Part shown: in pieces, positions 40,902 through 51,300 of the stretch | Layout of the letters: the number at the start of each line of letters is the position of its first letter | Position numbering within the stretch: the first letter of the stretch is position 1 | NCBI GenBank assembly: GCA_030867685.1 | Contig: JAQOWU010000001.1 | Location: forward strand, 558,001 to 622,000 | Source of the DNA: Wickerhamiella versatilis | Lineage: Eukaryota | Direction: 5' to 3' | DNA: 64,000 nt | Made by a program: the position numbers and the translations under genes | Notes under the pieces: model-generated | What the model saw: only the letters and a program-made list of their open reading frames with translations | What the model was told of the DNA's origin: nothing | Database searches by the model: none

Positions 40902-41183
40902 CCAGCTTGTTACGAAACTAGACGTATATGACAATGCAGGCGGAGGTGGAAAAACGAGAGACCGACAGAGGAGTATGTAATCGGTGCATAAGGATGCTAA
41001 TCTGGTGGATACAACAACTACAGGTCGCCAGGCCCAGATATCCCCGAATTATATTCTCTTTTCATTGTCCAGAACTCTATCCAGCCCACAATATGATTCT
41101 AAGGGGACTATCTACATTAATGTAAGCTTTTTAACTAAATGCTATTCTTATTATTATTCACCCACACCTACCCCGCATCTACC

Positions 41184-42044
41184 ATGGTCAACACACTAAG
41201 TGCTAAATATATTCAAGAATCCATTTGGAAGCCAGGCATATTCGACGGCAAGGTTGTATTCATAACTGGAGGCGCAGGATCAATATGCCGGGTCCAAGCC
41301 GAAGCACTGGTGCTGCTTGGGGCCAATGCGGTGATTCTGGGCAGATCTCAGGAAAAAACAGCGAAAGCGGCCGCGGAAATTGCGGAATTGAGGCCCGGTG
41401 CTAAGGTTCTGGGTCTCGGTGGAGTTGATGTCCGTGAAGTCAAGCACCTTGAAAACGCGGTCGAAAAAACCCTTAAGGAACTTGGGCGGATTGACATAGT
41501 CATTGGTGGGGCGGCAGGAAACTTCTTAGCGCCATTTTCATCGTTAAGTGCGCGAGGATTTAAGACTGTTATAGACATCGACCTCATCGGATCGTACAAT
41601 ACGGCGAAGGCCACGGCAAAAGCCCTGCATCAGAGCAAAGGCACGCTTATTTTTGTTTCTGCCACATTGCAATACAAGGGACTACCATTACAGATCCATG
41701 CCTCGGCAGCAAAGGCTGGTGTGGACTCCCTGATAAAGTCGCTGGCAGTGGAGCTGGGCCCCGCTGGAATTCGCGTTTGCGGCATTGCACCAGGCCCTAT
41801 TGGAGGTACTGAGGGAATGGAACGTCTCCTACCCAAGGAAATGGTAGAAAAGTCAAAGGAATTGATACCTTTGGGCCATTGGGGAACCACAGTGAACATT
41901 GCCGACTGCACAGTATTTCTAGCTAGTCCATCAGCCAACTTCATCACCGGCACTATTTTTGTTGTGGATGGCGGGCAATGGCACATTAGCGGCCCAGAGA
42001 TGGCATCCTACCCGGAAATAGTGGCTTCTAACTCCAAGCTGTGA
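41184..42044 (+). CDS. SPS19: Peroxisomal 2,4-dienoyl-CoA reductase
   Basis: TGGAGSICRVQAEAL, GAAGNFLA, IAPGPIGGTEG; C-terminal SKL; ATG at 41184. Confidence 0.93.
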   Translation: MVNTLSAKYIQESIWKPGIFDGKVVFITGGAGSICRVQAEALVLLGANAVILGRSQEKTAKAAAEIAELRPGAKVLGLGGVDVREVKHLENAVEKTLKELGRIDIVIGGAAGNFLAPFSSLSARGFKTVIDIDLIGSYNTAKATAKALHQSKGTLIFVSATLQYKGLPLQIHASAAKAGVDSLIKSLAVELGPAGIRVCGIAPGPIGGTEGMERLLPKEMVEKSKELIPLGHWGTTVNIADCTVFLASPSANFITGTIFVVDGGQWHISGPEMASYPEIVASNSKL

Positions 42045-42171
42045 AGTTGACAACCCGGTGTGCCAGAAAGTTATAATAAGGCCCCGTCCAGGTCCTAGGG
42101 ATAGATCCTATTTTAACTAAACAACGATATAAGCTCTCAATTCTTTATTACTATGGTAATGACCAGACTTT

Positions 42172-43377
42172 TTAGAGACTGGAGTGACCGAGGATACGCT
42201 TGACGATAAGAGCTGAAGCACCACCACCACCATTGCAGATAGCCGCGAGGCCGTATGAGCCATTCTCCTGAGCCAGAACTGACAGAAGAGTGGTGACGAT
42301 ACGTGCGCCAGAACAGCCAAGGGGGTGGCCAAGAGCCACAGCACCACCATAGGGATTAACTCGGGCTGGGTCGAGCTGCATGGCAGCTGTGTTGCAAAGG
42401 CCCACGACCGAGAAAGCTTCATTGAATTCAAAGAAGTCGATATCGCTCTTGGTGAGACCCGCACGCTTGAGTGCCTTCTCAGCTGCGAGGGCAGGTGACT
42501 GAGGGAACTTGATAGGTGCCTGAGCAGCATCAGCAAATGAGACGATCTGTGCCAACGGGTTGACTCCAGAGAGCTGCTTCAGCTTCCTACCGCTAACCAG
42601 GATAACGGCAGCACCACCGTCGTTAATGGGCGACGAGTTTGGCGCAGTCAAGGAGCCATCCTTCTTAAACACGGTGCGCGCACTGCGCAAACGGTTTTCA
42701 TCAAGACGGGCAGGCTCCTCGTCACGGTCCACAGTGGTTGGGGGACCACGGCGGTTAGGTACCTCAACCGGTGCGATTTCGGTAAATTTGCCTGCCTCGG
42801 CGGCGCGTTGGGCACGGTGGTACGACTCCACGGCAAATGCATCCTGCTGTTCACGCGTGAAACCGTGCTCTGCTGCGGTATCCTCACCAGCTAACCCCAT
42901 AGCCTCATGACTGTATGCATCCTGAAGACCATCTTTTTCGAGGCCATCGACGATGGATGACCCACCAAATTTACATCCTGAGCGTAAACTAGGTACATAG
43001 TGTGGCACATTTGACATAGACTCGGCACCACCGGCAACAACTACATCAGCACCACCGGTCATTATAACCTGCGAGCCCAACATTATCGCCTTCATACCTG
43101 ACGCGCAAACCTTGTTGACAGTGGTTGCAATTACATGTTCAGACAGACCGGCCTTAAGTGCTACCTGACGCGCTGGAGCTTGGCCAACGTTTGCACCGTA
43201 CACATTTCCAAAAATTATCTCCTCCACCTCGGACGGTTGGATGCCTGAGCGGCTGATGGCGGCTTTCACAGCATGGGCACCCAAATCAACATAGTTCTGG
43301 GATGACAGCTGCCCAAGCAAGCTACCAATAGGTGTACGAGCAGTTCCAACAATATAAACGGCGTTGTCTGTAACCAT
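42172..43377 (-). CDS. ERG10: Acetyl-CoA C-acetyltransferase (thiolase II)
   Basis: NKVCASGMKA, NEAF, GHPLGCSG, ICNGGGG. Confidence 0.92.
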   Translation of the reverse strand: MVTDNAVYIVGTARTPIGSLLGQLSSQNYVDLGAHAVKAAISRSGIQPSEVEEIIFGNVYGANVGQAPARQVALKAGLSEHVIATTVNKVCASGMKAIMLGSQVIMTGGADVVVAGGAESMSNVPHYVPSLRSGCKFGGSSIVDGLEKDGLQDAYSHEAMGLAGEDTAAEHGFTREQQDAFAVESYHRAQRAAEAGKFTEIAPVEVPNRRGPPTTVDRDEEPARLDENRLRSARTVFKKDGSLTAPNSSPINDGGAAVILVSGRKLKQLSGVNPLAQIVSFADAAQAPIKFPQSPALAAEKALKRAGLTKSDIDFFEFNEAFSVVGLCNTAAMQLDPARVNPYGGAVALGHPLGCSGARIVTTLLSVLAQENGSYGLAAICNGGGGASALIVKRILGHSSL

Positions 43378-43548
43378 GATCGAGTGAGAACGAGTGGTTC
43401 GAGTGGCTTGAGTAAGCGAGTGATGAGGAGAAGGTCCCCTATAATCGTCATCCCCACCAGAGGAGTTGTTCCACAGTGTTTCATTTTCTTTTACATACCC
43501 GTATGTCTTTGTAAAGTCTTTAGATGCTAATTAGTTGCGATATGTACA

Positions 43549-44163
43549 TCAACCCTTAAGAGGATTCGGTTCTATTTTGGTAGGGGCTTTCGTGCTTGGT
43601 TGAGTTTCGGGGATTGGAACAATCTTTGAAGGATCACTATAGAACTCTTTCTTCATTAATTCAACCTCCTCTCGAAACTTCTGAGTGGAGGGTTCGTCGC
43701 GACAAATTTTCAATACATTCTTCTCTGTTGTACCATCAAGTCGAATCCCCAACTGCTCATGTCGAGCAACTACCCGCGCAGTTATGGCACGCCGCATGTC
43801 GCGTTTTCCTCCAATAAGCTCAAGGATGGACTGCGGTGCGTTATCTCCAAGACGAGGTTCCAGTTTCAGAACACGGGTATAGCCTCCATTATAACCCATG
43901 TAACGGCCTCGTATTTGATCAAAAAGTTTGGGAAGTAGCATATCGGGTTTATATATCTCATGTTTGAACTTTTCACGAGCCTCAGGAATAAGAGGAACCG
44001 ACGCCTTTTTCGCCTTGGTTATCAGTCGCTCGACAGCTGTCTGGGCCTCCTTGGCCTTTGCATGCGTGGTTACAATAGATTCATGCTCAAGAAGGTTGGT
44101 AACAAGGTTCCTTAGAAGACTAGCCCGGTGTTTAACAGTACGATTCAGTCTTCGATGCACCAT
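43549..44163 (-). CDS. MRPL8: Mitochondrial ribosomal protein bL17m
   Basis: HRASLLRNLVTNLLEHESIVTTHAKAKE, GGYTRVLKLEPRLGDNAP. Confidence 0.93.
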   Translation of the reverse strand: MVHRRLNRTVKHRASLLRNLVTNLLEHESIVTTHAKAKEAQTAVERLITKAKKASVPLIPEAREKFKHEIYKPDMLLPKLFDQIRGRYMGYNGGYTRVLKLEPRLGDNAPQSILELIGGKRDMRRAITARVVARHEQLGIRLDGTTEKNVLKICRDEPSTQKFREEVELMKKEFYSDPSKIVPIPETQPSTKAPTKIEPNPLKG

Positions 44164-44697
44164 TGTCCACTTACTAATATATTATTTCGGGGTTCTCATT
44201 AAGTGCACCAGAAAAATCATCAGGCATGAATGACAGTGAACTCTAGTTTAGGCTGTTTCTGGAAGAATATTTTGGAGGAATAAAGAAATCGAGATAGAGA
44301 GAAAAAAACAACTACCAGCAAGCGTCATTTTCTGTGGCAAGCGGGTTAATCATTGGAAGAAGGAAACCAGCTGAACTGGATCGTTCACCACTTAATATAT
44401 AGAATTTAAGATCTCCATTTTTTGTTTTCATTTCACTGGACTTTCACAGGATAGAGGGCCAAAGTCCCCACCACGCATCTGTAAACTCAAATGACTCGTA
44501 TCTTATCTAATGGGTTATCTTGCATTGTCCAACCAGTCTCAGGCAGTGAAAAGGACTTTTACATCCGGCAAATCAGATCCTATTTTACATCTTTCTCTAT
44601 TGCTAACCTAATTACCAAAATTTGGCTCCTTCCAAAAATGGTATTTCGGCATACAAGTGATTTGCCCTCTGTAGTGGGTCCTGACTAACCCACATAC

Positions 44698-45897
44698 ATG
44701 CGGGTGTCTAGTGGTCCCCCTTCGCCTCCAAAGAGCGCGCCGAAGCCTGTGTCACCGCGTTTAACGGAAAAAGCAGTCAATGATACAAATGGTGGTGATG
44801 TAGGGGTATCGCAATCTGTGCCTGGTCATCCACTGCCCTCTGCGGGCGGCACGCCTGGAGCCACCCCACCCCCGGGTGAACAACCGCCGCTCTCTCCTGG
44901 GCGGCATTCAAAAGCGACACAGGATTCTGGCCGTGTCCGTAGAGCGACATCGCCAGTCTCCCCTACCAATGAGAAAGTTGTCCCTGCCTTTAGCTCGTCT
45001 GGCGCAGACTGGCAACAAGTAAAATTGCCGCAGTCACAGCATCCTCAACTTGTACAGGAGATACATGGGCAAGCACAGCGCGTAATTCCGTTTCAGCAAC
45101 CGCAAATGGTCTGGACATTGGGGCCCAATGGTCAGGGCATGCCACATCACCCAGGCACACTCATCCCAGTAACTGCCCCTAATGGACAAACGTTTTATAC
45201 GCTTCAACCTCTCGTAATAGCATCGAATCATCAACCGCATCAGCCGCATCAGCCGCACCAACCACTTTTACAGAAGATCCCCCAAGGGACGGTCCCAATG
45301 CATACCCATACCCTCGGACCACACAGCCAGACAGGTTTTGTACCGGTGTATGCCCAGCCTGGGGCGATGTCTTTTGCCGGCCAACCTAAAAACGCTGGCA
45401 ATTTAAACGTACTCGCACAAACAAGTGAGCATGAGCTACGTGAACATCTGGCCACACAGCGAGCACAGCTGGCACTGGAGAGACGCTTAGCTGCCCGAAT
45501 GCCAGAGTCAACCATGAAGGAACTCAATGGATCAACCGGAATTCCACGTCGTTTGGCATCAAAAGAGATTGAAGAGGAATATGCCCGTCAACGTCGCGAA
45601 TTCCATGACGCACTAGAGAAACTGAATGTTGCACCGTATCAACGAAAAGATGGACGCTGGGTATGTTCCCTATGTCCAGATGGGGCACAAACATACCAAT
45701 ATTTTAAGCACTTGCTACGTCATAGCGCAAATCATTTGAAGGAGAAACCGTTTAAATGCCCGTTTTGCGAGCATCGATTCAGACGGAGTGACACGGCAAG
45801 ACGACATCAAAGCACATGCGAAAAGTTGGCCCGCTCCGTCACAATGACATCACCTACACTGCCGAGAAATGAACAAAGCCCCATGCCCTCCCAATAA
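44698..45897 (+). CDS. C2H2 zinc-finger transcription factor
   Basis: Pro/Gln-rich N-terminus; CSLC..HSANH, EKPFK linker, CPFCEHRFRRSDTARRHQSTC. Confidence 0.85.
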   Translation: MRVSSGPPSPPKSAPKPVSPRLTEKAVNDTNGGDVGVSQSVPGHPLPSAGGTPGATPPPGEQPPLSPGRHSKATQDSGRVRRATSPVSPTNEKVVPAFSSSGADWQQVKLPQSQHPQLVQEIHGQAQRVIPFQQPQMVWTLGPNGQGMPHHPGTLIPVTAPNGQTFYTLQPLVIASNHQPHQPHQPHQPLLQKIPQGTVPMHTHTLGPHSQTGFVPVYAQPGAMSFAGQPKNAGNLNVLAQTSEHELREHLATQRAQLALERRLAARMPESTMKELNGSTGIPRRLASKEIEEEYARQRREFHDALEKLNVAPYQRKDGRWVCSLCPDGAQTYQYFKHLLRHSANHLKEKPFKCPFCEHRFRRSDTARRHQSTCEKLARSVTMTSPTLPRNEQSPMPSQ

Positions 45898-46180
45898 CAT
45901 TAATCGAATAAAGTTTATCATAATACCTAAACACACTTTCTACCTAAGAATGCTTTGGAAATTTATTTCTGTGAGCCTATAATGTCAATTTATAAGAAAT
46001 TGGTATGTCGCATTACCAGTTCTTAGCGCATTATAAAAATAAGTATTAGTTACTATTCTCAAAAGAGCCTTCATACATAAGAAATTTAGAGTTAAAGGCA
46101 AAAAATATAATAATGCAAAATTGAGAGATCTATATTCTTTCGTAAAAGAATAATAAAGGCACAAATACTCTTAGAGTCCG

Positions 46181-47407
46181 CTACTTCTTGCCAAAAAAAG
46201 ATAGTAATGTCTTCTGCTGCTTAGGAGCAGCCTTCTGCTTTTTAGTCTTTTCTGGCTGTGGCCTAGGCTGCGGCTTCTTTTCAGATCCAATTTCTGCTTT
46301 CTTGGATTCACCCGTTTGGTCAATATCCATTGCTTGAGCCTCACTAGCTTTAGATTCTCCTTCTTCTTCTTCTTCTGCTAGTGCTGGTGCTGTTCCAGCT
46401 TCTGCTCCATTATTACCAGAATCTATCGGTTCGTCAACCCAGCGCTCCTCTTCGACATCATATCCTTCACTATCCTGATACTTCACAACCTTCTTTACCT
46501 TGCGGAACTTTGCTTGTGGCTCTGATGACGTTCTCTCCTTGGAATTTTGATTTTCCCCAACTGGTTGATCAAGCACCATCGGCTCATTGTTCGTTGAAAC
46601 ATTTTCTGCTGCACTATCAGCTGGCTCTTCTCCAAGCTCTCCGAGCAAGTTTTCCGTCTCACCGTCAGAGTCATGTTCCTGGCCATCTTCAGGCCCGTCA
46701 TTATTTAACTCGTCATCTACAAAAAGAGTATCTGGCTTTGGCTCTTCACGTGTTTTGGCGGAAGTTTTCTCTTGAGATTTTCTTCCATTATCTTGATTGA
46801 GACCAATAGGATTTTTGTTCTGTTCGAACGTCTTCGACTCTTTTGAAGGCCACGATCGATTCTTGACGTCCTTTTTTCCAGATATATCCTTTTTTTCTGA
46901 ATTCTGTTGGGTACTCTTCGGTTTCGAGCTGGCCATTTTAGAACCTACTGGTTGATCGCCACCGTTTTTACTCGTCAAATTCTGTCCTGACTCTTTCTTC
47001 CCAACTGGATCGCTTTCGCACCAATTTGATGGCAATTCAGGATTAATTAGCCAACCGAGTTTTGCGAGGTCCTCCTGCGGCCTTGTGCGCCCTTCATCTG
47101 ATACTCGTGCAAGAGAGTCTAAGAAGACAGTAGGAGCTGATGCGTCTGAAGGAGACACACAGGCCACATGCCAGTCTTCAACATCGCTGGATCTCATAAT
47201 ACTCTCTAATTGGCTGTCATCGCAGTAAACAAGACCAGTTTTTTTCAGGAGAACCACCGCTGCCGTGAGCCTGGAGCTATTATCATTATAATAAGCTTTC
47301 AGTGCCTCCTGTGCCTTTGATAAAGGGACATTGTGTACGAAGCTCAGCTCCATAGGCGAGACAGCACGTTTAGCCCCGAACAAAGCGTCCTGCAGCCAAT
47401 CTTCCAT
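46181..47407 (-). CDS. POL32: DNA polymerase delta subunit 3 (Cdc27/Pol32)
   Basis: Winged-helix-like N-terminus, DSEGY motif, terminal PIP box QKTLLSFF. Confidence 0.8.
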   Translation of the reverse strand: MEDWLQDALFGAKRAVSPMELSFVHNVPLSKAQEALKAYYNDNSSRLTAAVVLLKKTGLVYCDDSQLESIMRSSDVEDWHVACVSPSDASAPTVFLDSLARVSDEGRTRPQEDLAKLGWLINPELPSNWCESDPVGKKESGQNLTSKNGGDQPVGSKMASSKPKSTQQNSEKKDISGKKDVKNRSWPSKESKTFEQNKNPIGLNQDNGRKSQEKTSAKTREEPKPDTLFVDDELNNDGPEDGQEHDSDGETENLLGELGEEPADSAAENVSTNNEPMVLDQPVGENQNSKERTSSEPQAKFRKVKKVVKYQDSEGYDVEEERWVDEPIDSGNNGAEAGTAPALAEEEEEGESKASEAQAMDIDQTGESKKAEIGSEKKPQPRPQPEKTKKQKAAPKQQKTLLSFFGKK

Positions 47408-48314
47408 ATAATTCACGCGACTGTTAGTCAGCGTAATTAATCGAGACAACAAGTGTTATACACCGACTTGCTTAATGCTGATAAAGTACACATATATAAT
47501 AAATGCCTATAGTGTGGTAGATAGAGCCTAAAGAAGTGACTCGTTTGGACCAAATTGTCTGACTAGCTATTTCAAGCATATCATTAAGTGATGATATGAT
47601 CATCATGTCATGATTACACTTCGACGGACTACAATTTGCAAAAAGTTGGCTTTTAATCATGCACCCAAACACCTCTTAAGTGTTCTTCAAATAAATACAA
47701 CATTGACAACAACTGGTTTTATACCTGAGTCTCTCTCAGCGATCGCGCTGCCCTAGCCAAAGCACTTTTCTTGTGAATCCAACCTTGTCTTGTCTTACTA
47801 CACCTTGATATTCAAGGAGCTAGATTTAATTGTATTTGGTATGCCCTATGTGGCACTAAGAAATTATTCGAGACAGTGCTGAGGGTGCCATAGATGATTG
47901 ACGCACCAGCATTTCTTTGTACTAATACGAATACCACTTCATGAGAAAAGTAGCACCTTAACATACGCTGTACTACTACAACAAGCTAGAAGTAGATTGT
48001 TTCCTATAATTTCGTGGAAAACTTGATAATATTGTACTTGTCTTAATACCCTAGCCCAGTCATATTTTATACCCTAACCCATAACTCGAAGTGAACCACT
48101 ACATGCGGTTTAAAGAGCGACATTTTTGGAATACGTAGGTGCTGCTGAAACTCTCGGCGTTGTGCGTGGCGGCGAGAAATTGGACCTGAATCTTGTTGGG
48201 ACATCACTTGTCATCTTTGTCAGCGCCGGTGCTGAGTATTTCAATAATTTAAGTTTTTGAAATTATTTTTGTTTTCTGTTTGTTCGTAAAATTAATCTTT
48301 AAATATGGTGGTAA

Positions 48315-51300
48315 TTAGTTGAAAGAGTGAGACCACTCCTCCAGATTATCTATTGATTGTAAGTCTAATGAAAAGGCTTGTTCAGCCACTCTGCGCACAA
48401 ACTCATCCGTGCTGGCTAGTGGAGCCTCATATACTGCAGTTAAGAGCATTTTTAGCGGGTCATTACCCTTGGCAAGACTTAAGGCAAAGGTCAAGTCAGC
48501 ATCTGAGTATTCATACCCTTCGGAATTGAGCTTTGCATGAAGCCAGCAAACCCTCGCAGCCAGCTCTTCTGGGTAACTCTTGGAGACTGCCTGCACAGCG
48601 GCTTCAAGCTGTGCTGCGAATCCCTCAGGCTTTTCGCAAACTAGTGGCCTACCCCATGAAATATCTGGACTGTGTGTTATCAACAGCGTATGCTTTCCAG
48701 TCTGCGGAGGTCTCCATTCCTCGGGAGCCAATTCAATATTTTGAATTACTAGCCATCCGGCGGTAGATGTTTCAGTGGCAAGCACAGCTTCCTTGACACC
48801 CAAAGAAATTGTCTTGCAGCTATCTTGCGGTAATAGTTGTTCAATTCTTATGGTGGGGTCACCACCTAGTGCCAAAAATGTGGCAATCGGTTCACTGGGC
48901 AGAATTTCGCTCCATTGCATTATAGGTGCCGTTACAGGGACCTGAAGATCATTTGCAAACTGATTTCGATCTTTCCGTCTAATCCCTGGAGCAGCAGCAG
49001 ACCAGACCATCTGCTTCACAGGCATATCCAAACCAAAACAAGACCAGAAGAAGTTCAGGCTGAAATGATAGAAGGGGTTTACAGATCCCAACCGCTTCAG
49101 ACATATCCACACGCGAGCTGCTTCATCAGCCTCTACCTTTAATTCACGCGATACATCGTCCAGTTCCTTTAATGCCTCCAATGCAGACGTTCTTGTAGAA
49201 TCTACCGTAGTCGCTTCTTCCTTCAGCGTCTTCAGGCTTTCGAGTACTGTGGGGTCATCGATCACACTTTGCGTGCCATTTAGAGCACTCAATAATTCTT
49301 CCTCTAGTCTTTGAAGACGAGAATCCGCCGAAGATTGCAATAACCTCAGTTCAGTCTTGCGCTTAGCAAGATCTGGGCGTTTTTGCAATAGTAGTCTAGC
49401 CAAAGCAAGTTCTGAAAGGGCACTTTCTGTGACAGAGTAATCCACTATCGTAGCATTTTCAATTTTAGTTGTGGGATTTGAAGTGTATAACCGGAGTTCA
49501 AAGCCCTCGCTAACATCGCACTCACCAATACGTGGTAAATCCACGGTAAGTCTATAACCCTTGTAGCTGAAGTCTCGCGTCAAAATAGGTATGAGGGATG
49601 GATCAATTTCTGATTGAACAAGTGACACAACAATACGATGGCCAAATCTGAGAGCATGCTCGACATATCGAGAGAGTTGAGGGTCATCCGAGCTAAGCAT
49701 TTCCTCATATGGATGAGCCTTTTCAGGATCTACGCGAAGCACCACACGATCCGATAGAGCCTCAATTGCTGCGTTGTCATCAGAATACTCTAAAAATGCT
49801 GCTGGGTCAAATGTATTATCAATGCCACACAACTCACACCAGCTTTGAAGTCTGATACGACGCGCATGAGGGTCTAAAGCACCACAGTAAGCTACAAATG
49901 CTGCAGCTACGAGGCACTGAGGGCCTAGCAAGTTTCTTCTTGATGTAAATTCACGAGCATTATCACCCCATCTACGCTGCTCATCAGAGAAATTGGCAAG
50001 TAATTCTTCAGACGACTGCACACTGCGACGTACAATAGCCATTTCTTTCTTCAAAGATTCACACTCACTAATGACTGCGGCATATTGTCTTTGGCGCTCA
50101 ACAAGCTGCTCACTGAGTTCATCCAACATCTCTGTGATAGCTTTTTGCTGAGCCGTTCGTTCAGCGAGTTGCTGTGAAAGCTCCTGTACTTCTCTCTCAA
50201 GAGGTGCTACTCTCTTTCGAGCTGCAGCTACCGCAAGTTGCGCTTTAACCCATTGTAATAAAGGACCGCATGCTTTAGACGCTCTATCAACACGTTCAAC
50301 AGTCAGGTCCCCAATAAGTGCAAGAACCCGAGAAGAATCCGATGTTGCATGATCAAATTGGACTATACGTGGAATGAATGCATCCGACCTTACAATAGAA
50401 AGAATTTCTCTCCAATTTCGACCTTGTATCGTAAAACCCAATAATTCACACACGGCCTCCAACGTACACTTTACTGGCTCAGGAGGGTTTTGAAGTGCAC
50501 GAAGTTCATTGAGTTGGGACTTCTTGATGTCTTGAACCCCTCTAGAAGCCTGCTGGACTAATGGTAAAGCTTCTGTCAAGTCGACACGAACAGCTTGTTC
50601 CCGATCAGCGACCTCCTGTCTTTGCTTAATTATAGCTGCTTGTATCTCAACACCTGCAGCCTTCTTGCGTTCTGCCTCTGTCTGTCCAGAAATTAGATCT
50701 TGAAGTACTTGCTGGGACTCAGCTTCTTTTGCTTCTAGTTGAGAAGTCTGCCCTTCAAGCTCACGCCGTCGCTTCTTGATGTCAAGAACAGTGACTTTAA
50801 GCTTATCACCACCACCTAGAAGATGGCGTTGACGATCCTCCAAGAGTTGCATCTTTCCACGGTAAATTTCGAAAAACTGGTGGCACAGTTCAATAAATGC
50901 CAAAGGTGATTCTTCCGGAGGATGGATAGCAACAAATATATCAGACTGGCGGAAATCTGTTCGCGAAGTCCAATTGGAGGCCACTTGCTTTAACGTTTCG
51001 TCACTCCATTCCATCCAATTTAGAACGCAGCGATTTATCAGTGCTCCTGAAACATAGTCAATCGACCTGCACGAAAATACTACATGCAGATTGTTCACTA
51101 TTTGCCGTGTGAGCCACTTCCACATGTCTTCATGAGGGCTTAAGCGAGCAAGGGCTGCTCTTTCTTCAGGATGATCGAAAAGACCTGGCACTTCACCATT
51201 TGCCAATAAAGTATTCATTCGTTCCACAAACGCTGTATGTAGGAGTGTGGATTCGTCCATTATTAGACAAACCGGTTGCCGCAATGCAACTTTTATAGCC

